The notes under the pieces were generated by a model that was given only the letters and a program-made list of their open reading frames with translations, ran no database searches and was not told the origin of the DNA. DNA of 64,000 bases from an uncultured Klebsiella sp. (lineage in GTDB: Bacteria; Verrucomicrobiota; Verrucomicrobiia; Limisphaerales; SXTU01). Below are positions 53,701-61,600 of the stretch, one piece after another (the first letter of the stretch is position 1; each line of letters opens with the position of its first letter). The stretch spans positions 1,117 to 65,116 of the forward strand of contig CAYZJP010000007.1 in the NCBI GenBank assembly GCA_964478755.1, written 5' to 3'. Position numbers and translations under genes: made by a program.

Positions 53701-55303
53701 GGGGCGAAGCGCTTGGAGCGCCGGCTTCCAAACCGGCGTTTGCCGATGCACCGGAACTCAGCTCTCGCCGAACCGGAGTTCGGCGCTCCGTTTGTCCGCA
53801 CCACTCCTCGATGAGCACGTGCGCGTTGATGCCGCCGAAGCCGAAGCCGTTGATCGCTGCGCGGCGAGGCGCGTTTGCTTCACGACGATTCCACGGCTGG
53901 CTTTCCTTCAACACGCGGAAGGGGCTTTCGCCGAGCGGAATTTTATCCGAGGGCCGCTGAAAATTCGGCACGGCGGGCAGCGTGTTATTTTTCAGCGCGA
54001 GCAAGACCTTGACAAGCCCCGCCGCGCCCGCGCCGGTGAGCAAGTGGCCGATGTTGGCCTTCACCGCGCCGAGCGCGCACTGGCCGCGCTGCCACGGACG
54101 CCCGGCCCAGAGTTGTTGCAGGCTCGTGAACTCGACCGCGTCGCCGACCGGCGTGCCGGTCGCGTGGCACTCGATAAAATCCACCGTCTCCGGCTCCCAT
54201 CCGGCGGACGCGTAGGCGAGCCGCAGCGCGCGCAACTGGCCTTCGGAACTGGGCGAAAGCAAATTCCCGTCGAGATCGTTCGACACGCCCGCGCCGCGGA
54301 TGAGCGCGTGAATCTCATCGCCGTCGCGGAGGGCGTCGGAAAGGCGCTTCAACACGACGACGCCCGCGCCTTCGCCGACGATGAGTCCGCTCGCCGCCGC
54401 ATCGAAGGGCGTGCAACGCCCGCTCGTCGCAAGCGCGCGGAGCTGCGAGAAACCCATCTGCGTGTAGAGCGAATCGGGCCGCGAGACGCCGCCCGCAAGC
54501 ATCGCATCGGCGCGGCCCGCGTGGAGTTCGTCGCTGGCAAGCTTGAGGGCGTAGAGCGATGAGGCGCACGCGGCGTCGAGCGTTCGCGTGCCGCCGCCGA
54601 GGCCGAGGGCTTGCGCGAGGATCCCGGCGGGCAGACCGGCGACGTAGCGGTTGAGCGGATGGGTTTGGAGTGGGTGGAACGGGCTACCAGCCCGTTCCGT
54701 CCGGCCACTGGCCGGGCGGTTGTTATCGTGCGCGCTGGAGCGGCGTGCGCTGGGAGCAGGGATGCGCGCGGTCGTTCCGTTCGGCGGGTCGCCGAACGGG
54801 ACAGGCGAGTCGCCTGTTCCACCCTGCAATGGGCGGACGCCGAAGAGTTTCTCCTCCAGCAACTGCGTCAGGATTTCCTCACAGAGCTTGGAGGAACTTT
54901 CCGTGGGCAACGCGATGTGGCCGAGAGTGACGCCGACGCGGCTGCGGTCGAGTGCAGCGGTCTTTGCGCTGGTGAAGGCGTCGCGGCCCGCAGCGAGCAG
55001 GAGGTGGACGACGGGGTCGAGTTGCGCGAGCAGGTCGCGGTCAACGGCGAGGCCGGCGGGGTCGAGCGTGAAGCCTTCGATGAAACAGGCGCGGTCGGTA
55101 TAGACGCGGTCGGGCGTGCCGGGCGTGGGATGGAGGATGTCGGCGGGGTTCAGCCGCCAGCGGCCCGGCGGCGCGGGACGGCTGGTGTCGCGTCCGGCGG
55201 CGATGATTTGCCAGAACTCGTCCAGCGAGCGAGCGCCGGGGAAGACGCCGCCGAAGCCGACGATGGCGATGGGTTCGCCGAAAGATGGCGGGGCGGCGGT
55301 CAT
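47768..55303 (-). CDS. pfaC: PUFA-synthase PfaC-like megasynthase: KS - CLF-like KS - AT - 2x(FabA-type DH pair)
   Basis: Uninterrupted 2511-aa ORF. KS: IAIVGFGGVFPG, DAACASSLYAL, ECHATGTPVGD, NIGHLLTGAG. The second KS-like domain lacks the Cys (...CSEDTSGLSALEIA). AT-like: FVFPGAGNHF, GYSLGES. FabA-like DH: VTEHDVHPGAWYLD, HPSDWFLTCHFVDDRVMPGTL, EYDVPPGEWYF, ADEWFFQAHFYQDPVVPGSLGLE. No C-terminal acyltransferase. Confidence 0.9.
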   Translation of the reverse strand: MTAAPPSFGEPIAIVGFGGVFPGARSLDEFWQIIAAGRDTSRPAPPGRWRLNPADILHPTPGTPDRVYTDRACFIEGFTLDPAGLAVDRDLLAQLDPVVHLLLAAGRDAFTSAKTAALDRSRVGVTLGHIALPTESSSKLCEEILTQLLEEKLFGVRPLQGGTGDSPVPFGDPPNGTTARIPAPSARRSSAHDNNRPASGRTERAGSPFHPLQTHPLNRYVAGLPAGILAQALGLGGGTRTLDAACASSLYALKLASDELHAGRADAMLAGGVSRPDSLYTQMGFSQLRALATSGRCTPFDAAASGLIVGEGAGVVVLKRLSDALRDGDEIHALIRGAGVSNDLDGNLLSPSSEGQLRALRLAYASAGWEPETVDFIECHATGTPVGDAVEFTSLQQLWAGRPWQRGQCALGAVKANIGHLLTGAGAAGLVKVLLALKNNTLPAVPNFQRPSDKIPLGESPFRVLKESQPWNRREANAPRRAAINGFGFGGINAHVLIEEWCGQTERRTPVRRELSSGASANAGLEAGAPSASPQTPDAIPHPPFPIAIVGLAAHIGPWKNLRSFAARVLGADTETQPQARFDWRGLNTELLRSSCGSTGSARVPRAGLGGSPNSPVTPSSSSAKEDKSVEQSFQRAAEDGTPAACAPQLAGYFVDDLAIPVNRYRIPPRELGELLPQQALMLEVARDALADARVNGPNPARTGVFIGLGLDLRTTDFHLRWAMLRDGQAAADSVGPPLNADRTMGALAGTNASRIAKEFRIGGQSYTVCSEDTSGLSALEIAVRALQQGELDLALSGGVELTGDLRARLAEAALGANEIPGEGAVAIVLKRLDDAQRDNDRIYAVIRGIGVGSAAFTPQKRAKDEAIQIPSERNKTSEVSAASRPRSAAQLATARACAEAGFDNSVLIASAANEVGHTGAASGLVNLAKAALALHGEVLPRHARGAAPQPWVRDRADGPRRAAVTTSSVDGNAVCVVLEEAPVFDPSSPVSLAPGFSRVSPDSEESETVSTVSGGREAVETACDFARIHTGLKPGANERAVSQILLTSAAAKRGDALFTFAADEAAGLLAQLDSLRRLAASAPSAPLDTLARRWHWSAEHRSARAAANAEQCSALLTLAFIAEERAQFARLLDAAALLIQQPRGSAALPSLDHRDRDRLFFTPPEKRVRGKVAFVFPGAGNHFADMGRELGLLFPEILRAQDRENDRLASQMFAAQFWNATVPVTDQRVSICGQVALGAFVSDIAVSLGLKPNAAIGYSLGESTSLFALRAWTARDDMLARVTASTLFTKDLTGESAALRRAWKLPAEQSVAWVAGLVDRPAEEVRAAMAGLARTYILIVNTPRECVLGGDAEQVHALVTKLGCHFFALDGVSTVHCELLKPVLEPYRELHRFTTTPPADVTFYSGGWGRSYLPDRETAADAIVAQASATIDFPRVVQAAYADGVRFFIEMGPGASCSRMIGQILEGQPHFARSLCLSAKEPLLDVLRVLGALWAEGLPVNLEPLYGVREEEAAPEPEGKQVVIPITGARIVVPERPKSGSGGTGDSPVPRSDPLRGATAHSRTEGSTIVAGTRAEIPSGESPDGTGQWPVPPSRGAEPQLVPARTEVAEDPFEAELLTAMAQAQATTLQAHEAYLAFSQGVFKSLSEAVQTQLDLVARAANGAGSARGPRAELGGPPNSIVMPPFFEARGGELEERRFQRAAEDGTPAACAPPTTVPRSLTREQCFEFAIGKIGNALGSLFAEVDSFPTRVRLPDTPLQLVDRITAIEGEPRSMTHGRVVTEHDVHPGAWYLDCGRIPTCIAVEAGQADLFLSGFLGIDFQTRGLAMYRLLDAKVCFHRSLPGPGEVIRYDIRIERFFQQSGVWLFKFNFESTVGGQPLLTMTEGCAGFFTPQDLAAGKGVVRTALQLKPTPGKRPADWEDFVPMAVESYSAAQLDALREGDLAKCFGEKFAALKLAKPVTLPGGKMRLVHRIEKLEPNGGRFGLGLIRGEADIHPSDWFLTCHFVDDRVMPGTLMYECCLHTLRVHLLRLGWVAEAREGVALEPVPGVVGQLKCRGQVLETTKVVTYEIEIKEIGYGPEPYVIADALMYADGKAIVEIGNMSLRYTGVTREELRAMWNAAERRFPNRQAVTSGVGHAGSEPGAPKFALYGPERITAFSSGNPSDAFGAPYRIFDSDSPRRIARLPRAPYQFLDRITEIRGCEAFKMVAGGEVTAEYDVPPGEWYFAANRQGDMPFAVLLEIALQPCGWLSAYIGSALTSSDDLSYRNLGGTGTQFAPVRPGVGTLTTRIKNTRLSSSAGMIIQWFDFEVSAGAQKIYRGDTYFGFFPKAALEKQEGIKGVKLYEPSAAELARAKSLPYPTQVPFADAMLRMVDDITAWVPDGGPKQLGFIRGTKRVVADEWFFQAHFYQDPVVPGSLGLESFLQLLKFCAVKRWGHAASLRWEAVAMDAKHEWTYRGQVIPRDSLVTVEAVITAWDDENLLLTVDGFLSVDGRVIYGMKNFTVRGVSE
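48864..48935. repeat. PAL-2 element in-frame in pfaC (between DH modules)
   Basis: GGAGCGCCGGGCTCCGAACCGGCG ... GCCGGTTTGGAAACCGGCGCTCC. Encodes AERRFPNRQAVTSGVGHAGSEPGAPK. Confidence 0.85.
50163..50309. repeat. PAL-1 element in-frame in pfaC (AT-DH linker)
   Basis: GGAGCGCACGCCGCTGGCGTGCCGTCTTCAGCGGCCCGCTGAAAAC ... GGAATTGGGCGGGCCGCCCAATTCCGCACGCGGGCCGCGTGCGCTCCCC. Encodes GSARGPRAELGGPPNS...RRFQRAAEDGTPAACAPP. Confidence 0.85.
50522..50678. repeat. PAL-3 element in-frame in pfaC (after AT)
   Basis: GGGTGGAACGGGCCACTGGCCCGTCC ... GGAACAGGCGAGTCGCCTGTTCCACCC. Encodes GGTGDSPVPRSDPLRGA...SGESPDGTGQWPVPP. Confidence 0.85.
52151..52172. repeat. PAL-5 solo arm in-frame in pfaC
   Basis: AGCAGCCGACGTGAGGAGGATC matches 19 contiguous nt of the PAL-5 left arm at 4466-4488. 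Encodes ...ILLTSAAAK... Confidence 0.7.
52188..52329. repeat. PAL-7 multi-hairpin element in-frame in pfaC (CLF-AT linker)
   Basis: Terminal inverted repeats TCATTAGCACCGGGCTTCAGCCCGGTGT / ACACCCGGCTGAAGCCGGGTGCTAATGA; each arm is itself an 8-bp hairpin. The centre has CCGAAACCGTTgaAACGGTTTCGG (11-bp stem). Encodes SLAPGFSRVSPDSEESETVSTVSGGREAVETACDFARIHTGLKPGANE. Confidence 0.85.
53359..53507. repeat. PAL-1 element in-frame in pfaC (inside the CLF-like region)
   Basis: The first ~50 nt are near-identical to the 50163 copy (GGGGAGCGCACGCCGCTGGCGTGCCGTCTTCAGCGGCCCGCTGAAAAC). Ends ...GAATTGGGCGAGCCGCCCAATCCGGCACGCGGGACGCGTGCGCTCCCC. Encodes GSARVPRAGLGGSPNS...SFQRAAEDGTPAACAPQ. Confidence 0.85.
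53715..53789. repeat. PAL-2 element in-frame in pfaC (KS-CLF linker)
   Basis: GGAGCGCCGGCTTCCAAACCGGCG ... CGCCGAACCGGAGTTCGGCGCTCC. Encodes TERRTPVRRELSSGASANAGLEAGAPS. Confidence 0.85.
54672..54824. repeat. PAL-3 element in-frame INSIDE the pfaC KS domain
   Basis: GGGTGGAACGGGCTACCAGCCCGTTCC ... GGGACAGGCGAGTCGCCTGTTCCACCC, 153 bp = 51 codons. Encodes QGGTGDSPVPFGDPPNGTTARIPAPSARRSSAHDNNRPASGRTERAGSPFHP, about 50 codons upstream of DAACASS. Confidence 0.85.
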
Positions 55304-55356
55304 GCGCGGGACGCTCGGCGAGTGCGTGAGCGGGGCGGAGTGCGAGTGGGCCGTTT

Positions 55357-55491
55357 CCCCTCACCCCGGCCCTCTCCCTTGGGGAGAGGGAGAAACACAG
55401 TCAGCGGTGGGCTAGGACGTGCGTGTCCGAAAAACTCGAAGACGGGCGAGCTGGTTCCCTCTCCCGGAGGGAGAGGGTTAGGGTGAGGGGG
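55357..55491. repeat. PAL-8 composite palindrome in the pfaA-pfaC spacer
   Basis: CCCCTCACCCCGGCCCTCTCCCTTGGGGAGAGGGAG (55357-55392) and its inverted partner CCCTCTCCCGGAGGGAGAGGGTTAGGGTGAGGGGG (55457-55491). Confidence 0.85.
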
Positions 55492-55593
55492 AAGGGAAAG
55501 TTGAATGAGCGATGCGCTTTGGACGGAACGCGCGTTGCGATTTCGAGCTGGCGGAAAGGCGGCTTCGCGCGGCGGGGCGCCGCAGACACTTTT

Positions 55594-55618
55594 CTGCGAC
55601 GGGGCGTCGCAGCCACGG
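55594..55618. repeat. PAL-9 hairpin, intergenic copy
   Basis: CTGCGACGGGGCGTCGCAGCCACGG, just downstream of the pfaA stop. Confidence 0.75.
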
Positions 55619-55643
55619 ATGCAGCTACGGGACGCAACGGGGT

Positions 55644-58600
55644 TCACGCGGGCAGATGGTTCTGGCGGAAGGCTTCGCGGAGGTTCGCGTCCACGACAAA
55701 CTCGTAGCCTTCGCCGAGCGCGAGCAACGCTCCGGCGCGGTCGAAGAATTGCAGGTCGGCCACGGCCACGGGCGTTTCCGCCGAGGTGACGCGCGCGACG
55801 ACGCGGCTGCCGCCGGTCTTCGGGAACGCGGCGAACTGCCGGAAGCTCCGCAGCGCGCACGGCAGCGACGGCGCGGCGCGTTGCGCGGTGCTCCACAAAA
55901 TCATGAGCTGAAACGCGGCATCGAGCGCGAGCGGGTCGGCCAGCCACGCGGGCCGCAGCGGCTGGGCAATCATCTGCTTCGGCGCGGGCGCGGAGCGGAC
56001 GAGCGCGGCGGCGTTCGTCGGATTGCAGACTTCGAGCGCCTCGATGCATTGGAAGTCCGGGCCGTGGAAGAGACGTCCATCGCCATAAACTTTCTCCGAC
56101 AAAATGCCGTTGCGCTTCACGGCGGGCGTGATGCTCGGTGCGGTGGGCAGCGTGTCCGCGAGAAGAATTTCCGCCGTGGCGTGCAGCGTGGATTTGTTGC
56201 CGCCGTTGCGGCTGGTGAATTGCACCGGCACGGCGAGCAGGCCGTCGCGCGGCTGCGGCGGTGCAGCGGAAACGGTGACGTGCGCGGTGGCGTCGCCTTC
56301 GAGGACGAGGCCCTTGAGCACTTTGAAGCCGTCGAAGCCGTGGAAGGCGAGGCCGGGGTTGCCGTGCAGCGCGCCGTGCGCGAGCCACTCGATGATGAGC
56401 GCAGCCGGCAGGACAGCGCGGCCGTTCATGACGTGCGAGACGAGGCAGGGCAGCGCGCGGACGGAAATGTCACGGTCGAACGCGGGGTGGAAACTGGAGG
56501 GGGAACTTACTGGTCCGGGTGGAACGGGCCACTGGCCCGTTGCGGCGGGCGACCCGCCCGCCGCTCGAACTGCGCCCAGTGCGACCCGGTTCGGCTGAAC
56601 GGTGACGGTGCCGAAGCTCGACGGCAGGTTGCCGTCGAGAACGGCCAAGTTGGCCGTTCCACCCTGAACAGGCTGGGCCAACGCGAGGATTTCGACGGCT
56701 TCGCCGGTGGGGGCGAGCACGTCGCGGACGAAGCAATCGGCTCCGGCGTCCGGCTCGATGAGGCCGACGCCTTCGCGCTCGAAGATTTTGCGGAGGCCGT
56801 CGTTGACCATGCCGCCGTTCCACGGGCCCCAGTTGAAGGCGACCACGCGGCACTGCGGGCGGCGGCGGGCCTCGGCCTGCGCCATCTTGTTCAGCACTTC
56901 GTTAGCGGCGGCGTAATCCACCTGGCCGGTGCGGCCGAAGCGTCCGGTGTAGCTGGAGAAAAGTGCGATGAGGCGAAGGTCGTCGGTCGCGGTCGCGGCG
57001 AGGAGGTTGCGAAGGCCGTGGACTTTCGTGCCATAGACGAGGTCGAATTGCTCCTCGGTCTTTTGCTCAATGAGTTTGTCGGCGAGCACGCCCGCGCCGT
57101 GGATGAGGCCGCGAATCGGGCCGTGCGCGGCGCGGACTTCCGCGAGCGTGGCGGTGACGGTGGCGGCATCGCGGACATCGAGCGTGGCGTAGTGCGCGAG
57201 CGCGCCGGTCGCGCGAATCTCAGCGAGGTGCGTGCGGATTTCGCGCTGGGCCATGACTTCGCGGAACTTCGCTTCCAGCCGCTTCGGCGAGCGGTCGCCG
57301 TCGGCGTGCGCGAGCAGGGCCTTCTTAATGTCGGCTTCGCTCGTGAGGCCGACGAGCCAGTGCGGCTCGGCGTCGGGCAACGTGCTGCGGCCCAGCAGGA
57401 GGAAGCGCGGCTGGTGGCGGCGAGCGAGTTCGAGGACGGACGTGGCGGTGACGCCGCGCGCGCCGCCGGTGACGACGACGAGGTCGCCGCGCTGGAGGGC
57501 GGGCGCGGGGTTGTCGAGCACGGGGGCGGTCTCGATTTCGAGGCTGTAGCGCTGACCGCCGAAGAGGCCAACCTCGATTGGGCCGGCGCGGAAGATTTCC
57601 TCGGTGATTTGGTTCGCGAGTTCGGTGCCGCTGGCCGCGCCGGGGTCGAGGTCGAGAGCTTTGCAGTGAACTTCCGGCCACTCGTGGCGCGCGGTTTTCA
57701 CGAGGCCAGCGAGGCCGCCGCTGACGACGTCGGCGGTCGCGTTCATCACGCCGAGGCCGAAGAGTCCGTCGAGGCGTGAGGCGGAGACGAGCACGGCGGC
57801 TCCGCTGCGACCAGCCGCGCGCAGCGAGGGCGCAGCGACTTGGATGAGACGGAAGGCCGACTTGAGGAAAGCGTCGCCGCCGGACGCAGCGGGCGCAAGC
57901 AGAACGAGCGCGGCGGGCAACGGGGCGTTGCGGTCGGCGAGCAGTTCGGTGGGCGCGCCGCGACGGACGGTGAGGCCGCGTTGCTCAAGGTTCTTGACGA
58001 GCGCGGCGGTGAGGCTGGTGCCATCATCGGTGAGCCAGACGAGTGAGCCGGGCGCGAGCGTGACGTGCGGGCGCGTGTCGGCGGCTGGGAAAGGCGTAGG
58101 GCGGAGGATTTGGCGGAAGAGCGTCGGCCTGGGTGGCACGGGCGACTCGCCCGTGACGGTCGGCGACCCGCCGACCGGAATGGCAGAAGGCAAGCGAGTG
58201 GGAAGCTGCGCTGGCTTCGCAACGGACGCGTTCGTCGTTTCGTCCGGCGAGTCGCCGGACGGGACAGGCCAGTGGCCTGTTCCACCCGGAGCAGAACCCG
58301 CGCACAGGAAATCCACGACCTCCTGCAGGGTGCGAAGGGAGCCGAGGTGCTCGGGTTTGATTTCGGGAGCGCTGGGAAGTTGCGTGCGGAGCGCGGCCAT
58401 GATTTCGACGCGCTTGATGGAGTCCACGCCGAGGTCGGAATCCAGCCCCATGCCGAGGTTCAACATCTCGAGGGGGTAGCCGGTTTTTTCAGAGACAACT
58501 TGAAGGAGAACGCGACTGGCTTCGGCAGCGTCAACACCGGCGGAGACAAATGCATCCCGTGCGCTGTCCGCCGCTGTAACGCCACGCACTTCAACCGTGG

Positions 58601-61600
58601 AAGAGCCGCCCGCGCAGAGGAAGTTCACCACGTCCTGTAAAGTCTGCAACGTGCCGAGGTGCTCGGGTTTCACCTCCGGCGCATCGGGCAGGCGCGCGCG
58701 CAACGCGGCCATGATCTCGACGCGCTTGATGGAATCAATGCCGAGGTCGCTGTCCAGGCCCATGCCGAGCGTGAGCATCTCGGCGGGGTAGCCGGTTTTT
58801 TCGGAAACAATTTCGAGAACAGACGTCGCAATGCGGGAAATGTCCGCAGTTTGTGGAACGCGCGACTCCGGCGGGCAGTTCCCATCGTCGTGCTGGGATC
58901 TCTGTTCGACCGGCTTTTCATTGCGAACGACGACTGAAGTCTGAGCGGCAAATGAATCGGGCGCGACGCCCGATTCAGCACGCGAGACGCGCGCGCTCCC
59001 CAACGCTTCACGCTGCATCGGAGCCGATGAAACGGGCGCAGGAGCGATTCTCTGCACAGCGTCCGGCGCGGCGGCGGGCGCGAGCGGCGGCAGGCCGAGC
59101 AATTCGCGGCGCTGGCCCAGCAGCGATTCGAGCGAGCGGCGGGCGGCCTCCTGGTTTGCGAGAAATTGCTGGTGCAACTGCGCGGTCTGCTCCTGCAGCT
59201 TTTGCAGAGCGAGCATTCCCTGCTGCGCCGTTTGCAGCGCGGCGGCAACGTCACCGGAAAGCGGCGCGGCAGGCGAAGCAGCGCGTTGCTCCGGTGAAGT
59301 GTTGCTGTTCGCATTGACCATTTCGCGGCGCGGCAGCGGCGGACGTTCCGGCGGGCGCGTCATGCGGACGTTCGCGCCGGAGACGGGCACAGTGAACGCG
59401 GGCTTCGCGTTCTTTACCGGCGCGGCGGGCGGGACAGTTTCCCACTTCGTCAAATCCACCGCGTGACCGAGCGCGGCAACGCGGCAGAGCGCGATGGCGA
59501 GATCGAACGTGCCGTTGCGCGTGCCGCGCGAGGCGTCGAGCGCGATGGCATCCACGTCGCGGCCCGGCAGAATCGCCTGCACGAGGTCGCACAGCACGTG
59601 GCCGGGGCCGAGTTCGAGGAAGGTCGTAACGCCGTCCGCGTGCATCGTCTCCATTTGCTTGATGAAGTCCACGGGGCGCACCATCTGGCTGGCCAGCAGG
59701 TCGCGCGCGGGCTTCGCGCCCGGCGGGTATTCCCTGGCCGTCGAGTTCGCATAGACAGGGATGCGGCCCTTGGTGAAAGGAATTTCCTCCAGCACGGCGG
59801 CGAACGGCTCGCGCGCGTCGGCGACGAGCGAACTGTGAAACGCGGCGGCAACCGGCAGCACGCGGGCGCGGATGGAGCGCTTCGCGGCCTCGCCGGCGGC
59901 GTATTCGATCTGAAGCTTCGGCCCGGCGAGCACGAACTGCGTGGGGGAATTGCGGTTGGCGATGACGAGCTGCGAATCGTTCAGGCGCGCGAGTTCGGCG
60001 ACGGTTTTTTCCTCCGCCTGCACGGCGAGCATGGAGCCGCGGTCGCTGTGGCCGTTGCGGTTCGCCATCAGCCGGCCGCGCACGTTCGAGAGCAGGTGCA
60101 GCGACTCGCGCTTCAACCGGCCCGCGCCGTAGAGCGCGGCGAGTTCACCGTAGCTGTGGCCGGAAGTCGCTTCGATCGTGATGCCGAAGGATTCCGCAAG
60201 GCTCAACGCGGCGACGCTCACCGCGCCGAGCGCGGGCTGCGCGACGTCGGTGGCCTTCAATGCTTCTTCCTGCGCGTGACGGGCTTCGTCGTTGAAGGCG
60301 GGATGCGGGTAGATGAAGTCGCTGAGGCGTGGCTGCGCCGCCTCGGCGCAGCGGGGTGCGGGCGACGCCGCGTCGCCCGTTCGTGCAGCGGGGCGCTGCG
60401 CCCACGCGGACTGCGACGAGGGCGTCGCAGCCACGGCGAAAGCAGCGTCAGCGTCGGCCAGCGCGTCGAGCACTTCGGGGAACTGGCACGCGAGGTCGCG
60501 GAACATCCCGACGTATTGCGAGCCTTGACCGGGGAAAAGCGCGCCCAGTTTGCCGCGCCGCTCGCCGGAGCCGAAGCAGACGCCGGTGGGCAAGGCCCAG
60601 GAAGTTTTGTCGGGATGTTTGTCGAGCATCGCGAGCGCAGCATCGCGGAGCGGGGCGAGAGAGAATTGTTCGGAAGCCACCCCCTCACCCCGGCCCTCTC
60701 CCCCGGCGGGGGCGAGGGAGGAGGAGGCGGTGGGTTTTGACGACGATTCTTTTGAAAGCGGAAGCAACAGGCGGAACTTCGCTTCGATGCGGAAGGACTG
60801 GCGCGAGGCGTGGGCGCGGCGGCGAAGGTCAGGCCAGGGAAGTTCAGTAGGCAGCGCGGCGAGTTGCGCGCGGAGGTCGGAAAGTTTTTCGGCGCAGAGC
60901 GCAAGGATTTCCACGTCGCCGTTCCAATCGGGTGCTTGGCGCGCGCCGCCGTGTTCTTCGAGGACGCAGTGAAAATTCGTGCCGCCAAATCCAAAGGCGC
61001 TCACGCCAGCGCGGCGTGGATGATTCGCGCGCGGCAGCCACGGGCGCTTCGTCGTGTTCACGTAGAACGGCGAGCCGGGCGCGGCGTCATCGAGCGGCTG
61101 GGAAACTTTGATGGTGGGCGGCAGGACTTTTCGTTCGAGTGCGAGCGCGGCCTTGATGAGTCCGGCGACGCCGGCGGCGGCCTTCGTGTGGCCGATCTGC
61201 GACTTCACCGAACCGAGCGCGGCCCAAGCGCCATCTGACTTCGCGGCGGAAAAAACTTTCGTGAGCGAACGCAGCTCCGTGGCGTCGCCGACTTTGGTGC
61301 CGGTGCCGTGGGCTTCGATGAGTTCAACCGTGTCAGCGGTGACATCCGCGTTGGTGTAGGCGCGTTCGATGGCCTGGATTTGGCCTTCGGAGCGCGGCTC
61401 GTAAATCGCGCCGCCGCGTCCGTCGCTCGACGAGCCGATGCCCTTGAGCACGCAGTAAATTTTGTCACCGTCGCGCTCGGCGTCGGTGAGGCGCTTGAGC
61501 ACGACCATGCCGAGTCCTTCGCCGAGGATGGTGCCGTCGCAATTTTTGTCGAAGGGCTTCGCGTCCCCCGTCGGCGAGAGCGCCGGGGTTTTGCTGAAGC

